Positions 25,801 through 35,483 of a stretch of 64,000 nucleotides of DNA are shown here, one piece after another. The DNA lies in IMG/VR virus record IMGVR_UViG_3300020201_000458, positions 1 through 64,000 of that record. One strand, 5' to 3'. How positions within the stretch are numbered: position 1 is the stretch's first letter; each line of letters starts with the position of its first letter. The stretch comes from an uncultured virus (IMG/VR IMGVR_UViG_3300020201_000458). Its lineage: Duplodnaviria; Heunggongvirae; Uroviricota; Caudoviricetes. The notes below the pieces were generated by a model. The model had not been told where the DNA came from. It ran no database searches and saw only the letters and a list, made by a program, of their open reading frames with translations. Both the position numbers and the translations under genes were made by a program.

Positions 25801-26128
25801 ACGGAAGATCAGAAATTTCAAGGCATTCTGGAACAAGTGCTGGTCCAACCTGTACAATGATCCGAACCCAATTGATCGCTTCCCTGATGTACAAACGGAT
25901 GATGACGTGATAAAAAAGGCGAAGGAGCTCTTCACCCGCGGTGGTGAGCATGGACAAGCCAAGACATTCCTCCTCGAGAGGACCAATCCCTCCTCGATGA
26001 CCGAATGGCTAAATAGGATGGGGAAGGAGTACGAAAATGCCGCTCGTGGACCTATTCATAACGACGAAGGATCGGCCGCATCTTCTCAGGAAGTCCTTGG
26101 AATCCCTGGTCCAGTGCACGGACGGTAA
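22871..26128 (+). CDS. Three-domain glycosyltransferase: GT4 + GT9 (heptosyltransferase-like) + GT2
   Basis: GEGFGLPTIEA; SAGDVFM...GIDSVTMHMAAAFGTPHVALFG; VVDGGSTDGT...QDADE. Confidence 0.88.
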   Translation: MQKLLFWGPVLTASGYGEHARQLLRCILDSGKFDVSVCGVKWGHCSFLTGGDEFIDKIRALVQKYEVEKSSNQQYDVSIQVTIPNEFQKLGRVNIGVTAGIEVDRVSPEWIKKANEVCDLVVVPSKHSAQTFGSVIYKDQSGQELRLQKPLLIAAEGFDAAIFNTTPDENDGLGVDLEADFNFLSVGLGLDKGMEEDRKNISGLVKWFCQTFAGDERVGLVLKTNMVNSSLMDFETAKSRISQIKASTGCGPFPRIKLIHGRLSKKELANLYRHPKVKAYVTTTHGEGFGLPTIEAAACGLPVIATNWSGHLDFLHSPDGKRKFVPLEFDLKEIPKSSVWPGVMEQGTRWACVKEEDFQNKMKKVFLSIEKPKEWATELAAQLAESHDERKLGIQFVSAIEQFLRETSNGPNSQKVNDPCEVKRRLREQLQIPDGKKTLLFTMPMSAGDVFMATAVVDSLNKKFPEHLILFATDPKYASILKDNLKIFKIIHFDNWMTNITFCESVFDEVYTPNLAIQTVQSNWVHGGKGRLLGYEMAAQCQVEFGDYFIKTEPLFEPLPTEKYVVFHPGSGKGQWEARNYRHWRKVIRNLKKSVDITIVQVGLEDDPAYEGCVDLRGKTTYNQLAMVVQNASCVLGIDSVTMHMAAAFGTPHVALFGSSYSTSTGPVIKIKKDKPWSCLLETTNRMGCEKACYKYQCVVDRESPCVNEIDPKMVVSYALEMLSQNVTQLSPEAVKWDDCHPKIAGYTHVFNAETHGFPYVESISSMLGFCDEVIVVDGGSTDGTLEKIKALGNDKIKIFDRVWDWNEPGMDGMQKAFGRAMATVGPDDFLWQQDADEVVHEEDYEKVRKMAERFPTGVDLVHLPVVELWGVKDNVRIDRHSWKWRMSRNNFRVTHGINGPARVFDEKTGRTYAKKGQSDGCEYVDIMTNDHIPHKGFYSQELENLRQTNPDEYGKNMNRIFKEMPSIFHYSWANLPRKIRNFKAFWNKCWSNLYNDPNPIDRFPDVQTDDDVIKKAKELFTRGGEHGQAKTFLLERTNPSSMTEWLNRMGKEYENAARGPIHNDEGSAASSQEVLGIPGPVHGR

Positions 26129-26768
26129 TCTATTCCGTCTGACGATCGTCGCTGACGGTCATCACAACGCGACCAGCGAAGTCCTCAGAGAATTTGAACA
26201 GCTGTGGGATCATAAGATTGAGCATGCCATCTGCCAAGGTCTTGGACCCTCGATCAATCAGGCCCTCGCATATATCAATGCAAATAAACCATGGGACATA
26301 ACTCCGTCACCTCTGACCGTTTACGTTCAGGATGATGTGCAGTACTCCAGGGGATGGCTGGAGAAACTTTCCCAGAAGTTTCTCCAGCTCGAACGACCGT
26401 TGAACCTCGGATTTGCTTCGGGGATCGAATGCATTGAGCATCCTGTCAAGAAAGACATCGGTAACGGGATGGTTACCAAAGATTGGATCAGGGCCACTTG
26501 TATGATGGCCCGTCACGATTATTGGATGTCCATGTGGCCAATTCCCAGGATCGATCCTGAGACGGGGCGAGAGCGCGGTCGTCCTCACGATGGCCTGGGA
26601 AGTTCGGTCGATTGGTGGTTCATCAGAAATGCTGTCAACTCTGTTTGTAAGACTAGTCGGACGAATCTCGTCATTCCAGGTTTACTCCAACATATTGGTT
26701 ACAAGGAATCGACGTGGTTGAAGAGAGATCTCCCCGAGTCTAATTCTGACAAGGAGAAGATGAAATGA
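26037..26768 (+). CDS. GT2-family glycosyltransferase
   Basis: ITTKDRP, IVADG, QDD, LQHIG. Confidence 0.8.
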   Translation: MPLVDLFITTKDRPHLLRKSLESLVQCTDGNLFRLTIVADGHHNATSEVLREFEQLWDHKIEHAICQGLGPSINQALAYINANKPWDITPSPLTVYVQDDVQYSRGWLEKLSQKFLQLERPLNLGFASGIECIEHPVKKDIGNGMVTKDWIRATCMMARHDYWMSMWPIPRIDPETGRERGRPHDGLGSSVDWWFIRNAVNSVCKTSRTNLVIPGLLQHIGYKESTWLKRDLPESNSDKEKMK

Positions 26769-27796
26769 GACAGATCATTTTGATCTCGTATACTTCTCTG
26801 AATGCGGGTGGTGGCGTTCCACGTTGGAACCGTGACTTTGTTGCAGGATTTCCTGGAACTAAACACTATTCATGGGATGACATCCCGAAAGCTCCATTGG
26901 GCGTCCAGAACGAATGGGATGGAGCCTTTGCTCTCAACATGTGGTTGCATCTGACAAAGAAGGTGTCAAAGGACGACATCATCATCTCTGATGGCTTTTG
27001 GGGAGAACGACTGAGCGACCTGGGTTACAACGTCATTTCGATCGCTCATGGCATCTGGAGCCACCTGACCAAAGACGATGTAGACGCTGGGAAGGATCCT
27101 GAGTTTCCTTTCCACAATGCCGTCCAGGTAAAGCACCGTCATGATCATCTGGCCCGTGGTGGGAAGATCGTCGCTGTCTCCAGGTTCATCCAGGAGCAGA
27201 TGAAGCTCCAGTGGGGTTTTGAATCGAGTGTGATCAACAACGCCATCGATCTCGACAAGTGGAAAAGGCCGGTAGCTCGGATGCCGAACTGGACAGACTC
27301 GCGTCTGGTCATCCACGGGGTCACGACTGCCAACAAGGGTTTCGATCACATCGAAGCTGTTAAGAAGGCTCTACCAAACGACGACGTCTGGCTTCTGGAT
27401 GAGGCTGCCGAAAAGCTCGAACTATCAAAGGTCGACGCCCTCGCTAATGCCGATCTTGTCGTCCAACCATCTGCGTACGAGGGCAACAGCTATTTTGTAC
27501 TAGAGACTATGGCATGCGACGTCCCTATCGTAGCATACAACGTTGGTCTTCTTCACTCTATCTCAGTGATAGCAAAGGAGAATGGAATCGAAGCGTGTGT
27601 TGGGGCGATCATTGACAGGAAGTATCGTCGACCAGAAGAAACGGCAAAAGTTGCTAGCTTTATCCTGGACTCCGTCTGTCGTGATCGGAGTACGTATAAC
27701 CCGAGGCAGGTATCCGAGCTGTTCTCGGTGAAAAGATTCCACGAGCAGTGGCGAGAGTACCTGGAGGACTATGAGCGTAATATTACGAGTCGATGA
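26765..27796 (+). CDS. GT4-family glycosyltransferase
   Basis: GGGVP, VAVS, KGFD, PSAYEGNSYFVLE. Confidence 0.85.
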   Translation: MRQIILISYTSLNAGGGVPRWNRDFVAGFPGTKHYSWDDIPKAPLGVQNEWDGAFALNMWLHLTKKVSKDDIIISDGFWGERLSDLGYNVISIAHGIWSHLTKDDVDAGKDPEFPFHNAVQVKHRHDHLARGGKIVAVSRFIQEQMKLQWGFESSVINNAIDLDKWKRPVARMPNWTDSRLVIHGVTTANKGFDHIEAVKKALPNDDVWLLDEAAEKLELSKVDALANADLVVQPSAYEGNSYFVLETMACDVPIVAYNVGLLHSISVIAKENGIEACVGAIIDRKYRRPEETAKVASFILDSVCRDRSTYNPRQVSELFSVKRFHEQWREYLEDYERNITSR

Positions 27797-28421
27797 CTTC
27801 CCAGGTACGAAGCCTGAAGAATTCTGGAAACACAATCTGGATAACTTCAAGCTGTTCGATGCGGTGTTGGAGAAGTACGTCGATGAATATGTCCTTGGTG
27901 TAATCCCGAAATACACGACAGAAGAGATGATTCGTTACCTGGAGCAGAATGACAAGATCAGGGTCGCCCTCCACGGTGTGGAACACAATGAACGGTTTCC
28001 CAATGAATTCAGACCGTGGGAGACCACCGAACAGATCTTCAACAAACTTGTATCTGCCAGACAACCTTTCCAGAAGTGTAACGGCGCGCTCGATGTGGTT
28101 GACTACATCCCTCCGCACAACGTCATAGACATGAAGACAGTCGATGCTCTGAAGTTGGCTGGATTCAAGAGAATTTATGGAGGGCCCGGATCTGATGAAC
28201 ACGTAATCTGGCATGCCAAGGACGTGGGATTGAAGTTCGACTACAGCCAGTGGCCGTACTGGTATGGACGTTCAGATGAACTACTGAACCGAGACAAGGC
28301 TCATCTCATGATCAACAGCAATCCTGATCGTGTCGTGACATTGCATTGGCCGTGGGAATGGAACATCGGACTTGATAACCTCGAAAGGTTCCTCGAGGAG
28401 ATCAAGGGAGTACTACGTTGA
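27771..28421 (+). CDS. Polysaccharide deacetylase-like protein
   Basis: LRVDD, ALHGVEH, YIPPHN, TLH. Confidence 0.7.
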   Translation: MSVILRVDDFPGTKPEEFWKHNLDNFKLFDAVLEKYVDEYVLGVIPKYTTEEMIRYLEQNDKIRVALHGVEHNERFPNEFRPWETTEQIFNKLVSARQPFQKCNGALDVVDYIPPHNVIDMKTVDALKLAGFKRIYGGPGSDEHVIWHAKDVGLKFDYSQWPYWYGRSDELLNRDKAHLMINSNPDRVVTLHWPWEWNIGLDNLERFLEEIKGVLR

Positions 28422-29455
28422 AAAAAACTCTCTTCATAGATGCCAGAAAGGGCGGAGACTTCACTCTGGACGCGGTCTGGGCTGGGTTGGTAGATCGCAA
28501 TGGCTTTGAGAACATGATAGACTGGCCACCCTCCGAGAAGCACAGAGAGGGTATCCCGACGGTGACTGGAGATGTAGAACGCGATTACGGTGCAGAGCGG
28601 AGGTCCCTGTGCTACACGTCAGACCACGGACGGCTCCGCAACTACGATGCTCCGCAGATCAACGAACTCATCAAGTCTGGACAGATTGAGAGGATCTTCA
28701 TCGATGAACGAGAAGAATCGTACGTCCTCTACCTCCAACTGGTAGCCCGCTACTACGACATCCCGGTCGTGGTTGTGGCCGGTCACGATCGATTCTTGAA
28801 CACTATCCCGCAGCTTCACAAGTACTATGACAAGAACCTAGAGAAGATTTTTATGGACAATTGGCGTCCCGAATACAATTCGTCTTCTGGTGTTTGCCCG
28901 ATGTCATATGCCACAAATTTTGATCATCTATGGGATGTGTCAGAGAGGGATTCACTGCTGAATGATAAGGTGTACGACATCTGCTTCACGGGTTATAATA
29001 GCCACGGAGATAGAGGGAAGATCATCGACCACCTTGTCGAGAAGTACGGGGAGAAGGGTAACTGCCTCTTCGTAGAGAAGAGACCCAACACGATGGAATG
29101 TTTCTTACCAAAGCGGGAGTACTTCAAGAAGATCGCCAAGTCCAGAGTCTGTCTCAATCTCAGGGGCGCGGCCGAGTGTGGGAAGGCCCTGAGGTTCTAT
29201 GAGATTCCCTATGTTGGTTCGTACATGCTCTCCCAGAGGGACCAGGCAAACCAAGTCATGCCTTTCATCTCTCGTATCCACTGCGACTACTTCACGAACA
29301 TCGAAGAGATGGACGCGATGATCAAATGGGCCTTGGATAATCCAGTCGAACGGGAAGAGATCGCACGTTGGGGTTATAGGTACGCGATGGAACACCACAC
29401 TGCCCGGGCTCGTGTCGATCACATGTACTACAACCTTCGGAATGACTGGGACTGA
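28418..29455 (+). CDS. CgeB-like glycosyltransferase
   Basis: YDICFTG, RFYEIP...ML, REEIARWG...HHT. Confidence 0.8.
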   Translation: MKKTLFIDARKGGDFTLDAVWAGLVDRNGFENMIDWPPSEKHREGIPTVTGDVERDYGAERRSLCYTSDHGRLRNYDAPQINELIKSGQIERIFIDEREESYVLYLQLVARYYDIPVVVVAGHDRFLNTIPQLHKYYDKNLEKIFMDNWRPEYNSSSGVCPMSYATNFDHLWDVSERDSLLNDKVYDICFTGYNSHGDRGKIIDHLVEKYGEKGNCLFVEKRPNTMECFLPKREYFKKIAKSRVCLNLRGAAECGKALRFYEIPYVGSYMLSQRDQANQVMPFISRIHCDYFTNIEEMDAMIKWALDNPVEREEIARWGYRYAMEHHTARARVDHMYYNLRNDWD

Positions 29456-29456
29456 A

Positions 29457-29726
29457 ATGAAGACTGTACATGTCATCGGCAACAGCCATGCGTGGTACTT
29501 TGCGGGAGCAGAGGTCGGAGTAGACGTCGAAGAAATTCTCCAGAAAGACGATCCTCGACGACATCCGTTGATGATGTCTCTGGGAAGTGAGATAGTCGAC
29601 GCTCGTGGATTTATCAAAGAAGAGTACCAGAAATATCCTGGATCACGTGTTGATGTTCACGCGGCTCCTGCTAAGGTACAATTAATCGTTCTTGAAAAAC
29701 TAAAGGTGATACTTGGACAAAGCTGA
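29457..29726 (+). CDS. Hypothetical protein
   Basis: Operonic ORF; VIGNSHA start resembles an SGNH N-terminus. Confidence 0.5.
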   Translation: MKTVHVIGNSHAWYFAGAEVGVDVEEILQKDDPRRHPLMMSLGSEIVDARGFIKEEYQKYPGSRVDVHAAPAKVQLIVLEKLKVILGQS

Positions 29727-30516
29727 TCTCTACAACCAGATGGCTGATCGGAAGTTCAAACCGAAGGATCTCGAGCCATACGCTGGCGACAACGGTCGAG
29801 TGAACAAGGCTTTTGCTCTCTATAAGAGCGGAAAGTTGAAGTCAGGTGGAACGCATGTAGACGTCGGAGGAGGGATAGGAGATCTTGGCTTTGCACTCCG
29901 TCAGGAGAGGCTCTTCGAGAAGACGCTCACTGTAGATATATCTGCCAAAAATCTACAGGCTGCCAGTAAGAAGGGAAACTTCGTGATGCTGGCAGACGTG
30001 GATAAAAGTGGATTTTCGTCAAACGTGTCTGATCCCGACAACTTCGGTGGTCCACCAGAATGGACGAACGACAGCTTTGGGATGAACAGTAACAATCGGA
30101 TTGATGCGATTTCTGCCCTGGACTTCATCGAACACATCATCGATCCAGGATCTTTCGCATATCACTGTGCGTATATGCTCAAATCTGGAGGAGAGGTATT
30201 CATCAACACTCCAAACATCCAGTATTGGCGGCACATCGAAAAGTTGATATTCGATGGTCGGTTTCCTCATACATCTGGAGATCGTGAGGTATACCACGGT
30301 GGTCACCTCGCCTTCTTTACGTATCTCGATCTTTGCGAGATCTTCGGTAATGCGGGATTTGAAAAGTTCGAACAGATCAAGGACGTGGAAGGATACTGCA
30401 ATCCGTCATCACTTTTCATCGGAAACATTCTGAAACCACAGAATCAACAGCAGTATACAGAGATGTGCATGAGGATGGGAAACCCAAACTTACTCTTTAA
30501 GGCGACCAAGCCTTGA
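29713..30516 (+). CDS. Class I SAM-dependent methyltransferase
   Basis: VDVGGGIG, DFIEHI, LKSGG...TPN. Confidence 0.85.
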   Translation: MDKADLYNQMADRKFKPKDLEPYAGDNGRVNKAFALYKSGKLKSGGTHVDVGGGIGDLGFALRQERLFEKTLTVDISAKNLQAASKKGNFVMLADVDKSGFSSNVSDPDNFGGPPEWTNDSFGMNSNNRIDAISALDFIEHIIDPGSFAYHCAYMLKSGGEVFINTPNIQYWRHIEKLIFDGRFPHTSGDREVYHGGHLAFFTYLDLCEIFGNAGFEKFEQIKDVEGYCNPSSLFIGNILKPQNQQQYTEMCMRMGNPNLLFKATKP

Positions 30517-30637
30517 GTTGGCCAAAAGGTAAATCGTGGAATGAGGCTCGTCGAAAAGCTTTCGTATACCGTCCTCTTGGAAATCACACGGTACAGACAG
30601 CTTCGAGACTTCTCTCTTATCTCTCCGAGAGTTCGAA

Positions 30638-31564
30638 ATGAGGATACTCTACGGACGTTGCTTTGGGATCGGAAATTGTGTGATGGCCGTACCCGCCATC
30701 AAGGCTCTCCAGTGGAAGCCAGACACGATCGTAGACATCCTCGTTGGGGACACGTCCGATGACGTCGGAGCCATCCAAGTGTTGTCCAAGGTGGTACAAG
30801 GTCCTGGGAAACTTTGTGTGAACAGCGCCCTCGAGCATGACTACGACGTGGCTGTGATGGCCATTCCATTTGATGGTCGCTGGCTCAACGGCGTTCACTT
30901 TCGAGCCAAGGAAGTCATGGACGGTCGGACCCGACCAGATCCGAAGACGACTGGACTCGTCTCGTGGAATGATCACGAGTCTGAGTATCAGATGGAGAAC
31001 GCTAGAAAGCTCGGTTACCTTGGATCGACCCCGTCGTCTCGTTTCCTCCCGTTCACCGGAGAGGCACTTCCGAATAGGATCTATATCGGAATGGGATACA
31101 AAAAAGATCAGTTGGGTTTCTGGAAGAGCAAACACTGGGGAAACGAGAACTACGCCGCACTCATCACCGGTCTTCTTAAGAACCTCCCTGAGGACTGGAA
31201 GATCGTGACGACAGGCGATGTAGGTGATCTCCAGCTTTCCATCGCCCCAGTGGCTCGGATGGTGAACGACAAGAGGTTTGAGTTCAAGCTTTCCGCCAAT
31301 TTAGATGAAGCATTCCGAGTAGTCGCCTCCTGCGGGCTATACGTGGGGAACGACACCGGGATGATGCATGTCGCCGCCTCCTGTGGGAGGAACGTCGTCG
31401 CAATGTTCTTTCTCGAGAACTCTATCGTGAAGAGTCGACCGCTTCTCTCCAGTCAATCAGATCGCCCCCTTCAGGAATGCCTCGTACTTGACGGCACCAT
31501 AGACCGTGCCAAGATTACTCCACAATACGTGCAGACGGCCGTCGAGGTGACACTCTGTGGTTGA
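30638..31564 (+). CDS. GT9 heptosyltransferase-like glycosyltransferase
   Basis: GIGNCVMAVP, KHW, VGNDTGMMHVAA. Confidence 0.85.
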   Translation: MRILYGRCFGIGNCVMAVPAIKALQWKPDTIVDILVGDTSDDVGAIQVLSKVVQGPGKLCVNSALEHDYDVAVMAIPFDGRWLNGVHFRAKEVMDGRTRPDPKTTGLVSWNDHESEYQMENARKLGYLGSTPSSRFLPFTGEALPNRIYIGMGYKKDQLGFWKSKHWGNENYAALITGLLKNLPEDWKIVTTGDVGDLQLSIAPVARMVNDKRFEFKLSANLDEAFRVVASCGLYVGNDTGMMHVAASCGRNVVAMFFLENSIVKSRPLLSSQSDRPLQECLVLDGTIDRAKITPQYVQTAVEVTLCG

Positions 31565-32198
31565 GAAAGAACTGATCAAGGCTTTCAAGTTGATGGCATT
31601 AAGAAACGACGTCTTGCAGGACACACACGGGAACCTGTCTGTTTTGGCCAGCGATCAGATCTACATCAAACCCAGCGGAGTCCCATACGATGAGATCGAT
31701 ATCTGGTCAATCTGCAGGTTCCAGCTTCTCGAGAATGGATCAACGGTCAGCTCCAAGAACAATGGATACAAGCCTTCCGTCGATCTGATCCACCATGCTT
31801 CTATCTACAAGAACAACCCGCATATCAAGTCCATTTGCCACACACATTCACCGTATGCGGTCGCCCATGCGATCTGTGGCCTGCCGATTGATTGCCTTTG
31901 CACAGAGCACGCTGACTACTTTGGTTGGAGAGTTCCGTGCTTGAGTTACAAAGATCTCGACAGTTGGGGATCTGATGTGCGAATACTCGACGGAGCTCGA
32001 GCCGTCTTGCTGGAACATCACGGTGCCCTCACGTTCTCAGATGAGCCTGTGAAAGCGGTCAATCTTGCGATCCAGTTGGAGAACGTAGCGCGGAAGAATC
32101 ATCTTGCGATGACTCTCTATCCGAAGCTTCGGATGATGGCATACAATGAATCTCAGAAGTGGCATGAGAGGTACAATAATGTCTACGGACAACGGTAG
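31557..32198 (+). CDS. Class II aldolase / L-ribulose-5-phosphate 4-epimerase (AraD-like)
   Basis: GNLS, IKPSG, KPSVD..H, HTHSPYA, LLEHHG. Confidence 0.88.
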   Translation: MVEKELIKAFKLMALRNDVLQDTHGNLSVLASDQIYIKPSGVPYDEIDIWSICRFQLLENGSTVSSKNNGYKPSVDLIHHASIYKNNPHIKSICHTHSPYAVAHAICGLPIDCLCTEHADYFGWRVPCLSYKDLDSWGSDVRILDGARAVLLEHHGALTFSDEPVKAVNLAIQLENVARKNHLAMTLYPKLRMMAYNESQKWHERYNNVYGQR

Positions 32199-32631
32199 GA
32201 AGATTTTAATCTCGTCTGATCACAACGGGAATGCCGCCCGTGCGTACATTATCAAGTTCCTTAGGGCTGACGGTTACGATGTCCAGGATCTTGGCCCGAA
32301 CTACGATCAGAAGGTCGATTACCCAGAAATGGCTGCCGACCTTTGCCACGCGCTGGAGAAGATTTACGGTGCGCGGGGCATCCTTCTATGCGGTACGGGC
32401 ACTGGGATGTTGATCGCAGCCAATCGGTTTCCGCATATCCGCGCAGGATTGGCGACTGACCGAGCGACCGCCGAACTGATGCGCCAACACAACGATTGCA
32501 ACGTTTTAGTTCTTGGACAGTGGCGCACCCCGTTGGGGCAGATGGACGAACTCATCAGGACATTCTTGACCACGCCGTTTGAAGAAGGTCGTCACATCGA
32601 TCGGGTCGAATCTCTCGGTAGACTTCCATGA
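32179..32631 (+). CDS. rpiB: Ribose-5-phosphate isomerase B
   Basis: SDHNG, DYP, CGTGTGM, HNDCNVL, FEEGRH. Confidence 0.9.
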   Translation: MSTDNGRKILISSDHNGNAARAYIIKFLRADGYDVQDLGPNYDQKVDYPEMAADLCHALEKIYGARGILLCGTGTGMLIAANRFPHIRAGLATDRATAELMRQHNDCNVLVLGQWRTPLGQMDELIRTFLTTPFEEGRHIDRVESLGRLP

Positions 32632-33569
32632 ATGTATTGGTCATCGGGGACGTCGTCATCGATCGGTACACACACGGCAATCGTCGGGGGATTTCCGCAG
32701 AGACCCCAACGATCGTAGCCAACTTCATCAAGGAAGACGTCTTCGTTGGTGGAGCTGGGTTGGTTACGCGGAACCTTCTACGTCTGGGAAACACGGTGAC
32801 CCTCCTCACTGTTGGAAACTGCGAAGAACTCCATCCACTCATGTTGAGGTCAGCCGATCCTATTGATAGATTCGAATCCGCAAGATTGAGTGTCATTATG
32901 ACAAATAAGAACGGGTGGAAGGTTTCCGAAAAACATCGGTACTATGTCGAGCAGTACAAGCTTCTGCAATACGATCTGATCAATCCTGGAAAGTGGACTC
33001 CACATGAAGAGGACCGTTACGCCGAACAAATCATGTACCAACTTGTAGCTTTGAGTTACGATGCGGTTGTGATATGCGACAATAGACACGGCGTGATGAT
33101 CGAACATTTCGCCAGCAAAATCATCGAACGTTGCCATGTCCAGAACAAACCGGTGTACGTAGACTCCCAGGTCTCTCAGGCAGAATCAAACCATCACTGG
33201 TACAAGGGTGCCAGTTTTATCTTCATGAATGAGATAGAAGCCGATTGCGCGGCGAAGAAGATTAAGAAACTCAAGAAGGGTGATGCCCAGCTCAACCAGC
33301 TGTCGAAGTTTCTCAAGGCAAGCATCGTTTACAAAAGAGGGGAACGTGGGGCCATCACTGTCTGCCAAGACGGGAAGACGATCGTGTCAGAAGGTTTTGA
33401 AGTAAACGCTGTCGATACGTGCGGTGCTGGTGACGCTTTCCTCGCAGCTTTCGTTCATCACGGGAACGACCTGGAAGCTGCGAACCGGTGGGCTGCGTTG
33501 TCAACTACTTATAAGGGGACCATCGTCCCTAGGACTGAAGACTTGCATCTTCGAAAGGTGACGCGATGA
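32628..33569 (+). CDS. HldE/RfaE domain I-like PfkB kinase (heptose-7-phosphate kinase-like)
   Basis: VIGDVVIDRY.HG...ISAETP, DTCGAGDAF. Confidence 0.85.
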   Translation: MNVLVIGDVVIDRYTHGNRRGISAETPTIVANFIKEDVFVGGAGLVTRNLLRLGNTVTLLTVGNCEELHPLMLRSADPIDRFESARLSVIMTNKNGWKVSEKHRYYVEQYKLLQYDLINPGKWTPHEEDRYAEQIMYQLVALSYDAVVICDNRHGVMIEHFASKIIERCHVQNKPVYVDSQVSQAESNHHWYKGASFIFMNEIEADCAAKKIKKLKKGDAQLNQLSKFLKASIVYKRGERGAITVCQDGKTIVSEGFEVNAVDTCGAGDAFLAAFVHHGNDLEAANRWAALSTTYKGTIVPRTEDLHLRKVTR

Positions 33570-34237
33570 AATTGTTACTTGACACGGCAAACATCGATCA
33601 GATCCGTCTGTTCATGCAGAGCACTATGCTGGCTGGGGTGACCACCAATCCGTCCCTCATGGCGAAGGAATCTAAGGGAGATTACGTAGAGAAACTCAAG
33701 ACGATCGCTGAAGCTGTCCAAAATCAGTTGAGCGCCAGGCACCTAAGCGTTGAGGTGACTACACTTGATCCGAATGTGATGATCGTGGAAGCCCAAACTC
33801 TCAATGATGCTCTCGGAAGAAATGGAGTTGATGTTCACATCAAGATTCCAGTGATGATGGAGACCATGAGAGTGATATCCACGCTCAGGCGAAAAGACGT
33901 TAAGGTAAATGCCACCGCTTGTATGACCGCATTCCAAGCCAAAATGGCGATGGACGCTGGAGCAAATATCGTCTCGTTCTTTTATAACAGGATCAAGGAT
34001 GAAAATGAGAGTCCAGATAGTGTGCTTACGCTCTTCAATCAGATTAGAGTCAATCTAGAACAGACGAAGATAATTTGCGGTAGCATAAGAGAACCAGACG
34101 ATGTTCGGCGCTGTTTTCTTCAGGGAGCTGATTATGTAACCGTCAGCCCAGCCATTCTACAGAAGATGATCGAGCATCCTCAGACTACCAAAGCTATCGC
34201 CCAATTCCAGAAGGATATCGACTCATGGCTCAGTTAA
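33566..34237 (+). CDS. tal: Transaldolase (short Tal/Fsa type)
   Basis: LDTAN, GVTTNPSL, IKIP, VNAT, GSIR, HPQT. Confidence 0.9.
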   Translation: MKLLLDTANIDQIRLFMQSTMLAGVTTNPSLMAKESKGDYVEKLKTIAEAVQNQLSARHLSVEVTTLDPNVMIVEAQTLNDALGRNGVDVHIKIPVMMETMRVISTLRRKDVKVNATACMTAFQAKMAMDAGANIVSFFYNRIKDENESPDSVLTLFNQIRVNLEQTKIICGSIREPDDVRRCFLQGADYVTVSPAILQKMIEHPQTTKAIAQFQKDIDSWLS

Positions 34238-34596
34238 CTAAGATTCCAATGGGTGGGCAGTTTCGTATGCTCCGAGGATGGGGGTATGAAACGTGGATTG
34301 AGAATCTCCCAGAGTACTGTGGAAAGATTCTGCATGTCTACAAGGGACTGCGCGGGTCCCTACACTTTCATATGAATAAGATGGAAACTATGTACCTCCA
34401 GTCTGGAAAGGTTCAGCTTCGTTTTGTAGACCCGGAGAAGGGTACCGACTATACGATCGACCTGAATCCTGGTGATTCGATTCTGATACCACGCGGGCAG
34501 GTTCATCAGATCATTGGAATTGAAGAGAGTGATCTCTTTGAGTTTAGCACCGTGCATGAAGAGTCAGACTCTCATCGAGTTCAGAAGGGGGACTGA
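34225..34596 (+). CDS. Cupin-fold sugar isomerase-like protein
   Basis: WGYE, YCGKIL, SLHFH..K.ET, H, FEFST. Confidence 0.8.
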   Translation: MAQLTKIPMGGQFRMLRGWGYETWIENLPEYCGKILHVYKGLRGSLHFHMNKMETMYLQSGKVQLRFVDPEKGTDYTIDLNPGDSILIPRGQVHQIIGIEESDLFEFSTVHEESDSHRVQKGD

Positions 34597-35483
34597 TGCG
34601 TTGGAACATTGTCGGGGCATTCATCCGGAATAATCCCTTTGGGACAGAGATCGCTTTTCGGAAGGGTCTCGAGAGGATCGGAGAGACTGTGACGGCGGTG
34701 GACCCAGGTTACCCCAACCAACAGTTTGATGAAGCTCCAGACGTCACCTTGGTGTTCAAGTGGGTGGACACGGGACCGTATCGCGATAAAATCGTCTCTC
34801 TACCTGGGAAAAAGGTCCTCTACCAGGTTGATGATCTCCGTTTTCCGCACATTAAACAGATGATGCTCGAGATGAGATCGGTGTGTAACAATGCGCTGAC
34901 TTTCGATCAAGATGGAGCAAACCTTGCTCTTGAGTACGGGTACGATTCGGGGCAACGTCTATTGTTGACTGCCGATAATCTCCTTTACCGTCATATCACC
35001 GGAATGCAGAAGGATATCGATGTTAGTTTTGTTGGAAGTCTGTCGAATGGTCCGAATCATGCCAGCCGCATGAGGATGATTCAACTTGTTAAGGGAATCC
35101 CTGGCCTGCGAGTAGTGATCGCCAGCGAGCTCTTCGACATCGGAAAACTCTGTGAGATCTACAATCGTTCCAAGGTTGTCCTGAATCACGCGACAGATGT
35201 TGGTCAACCTTTCGGTCATGGGTTTGGGTATCAGTGTCGACACTTCGAAGCCGGGTTCACCAAGACTTGCATCCTTTCGAACAAGATTGACAACGACGAG
35301 ACATTGGGATTCATACCGTTCTTTTCGAATGAGTTGGAGCTCGTTGAACGTCTTAAGACACTTCTTAACGAACAGAAGCGCAGGGAGTTATATGCACAGT
35401 TGACTTACGATCAGCTCTATAAATCACACCTTCCAGAACACCGCGCCAAAGAGATGATCGAGTTTGTACGGAGTGTCCGGTGA
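34596..35483 (+). CDS. CgeB-like glycosyltransferase
   Basis: DVSFVGS, YNRSKVVLN, RHFEAG. Confidence 0.8.
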   Translation: MRWNIVGAFIRNNPFGTEIAFRKGLERIGETVTAVDPGYPNQQFDEAPDVTLVFKWVDTGPYRDKIVSLPGKKVLYQVDDLRFPHIKQMMLEMRSVCNNALTFDQDGANLALEYGYDSGQRLLLTADNLLYRHITGMQKDIDVSFVGSLSNGPNHASRMRMIQLVKGIPGLRVVIASELFDIGKLCEIYNRSKVVLNHATDVGQPFGHGFGYQCRHFEAGFTKTCILSNKIDNDETLGFIPFFSNELELVERLKTLLNEQKRRELYAQLTYDQLYKSHLPEHRAKEMIEFVRSVR

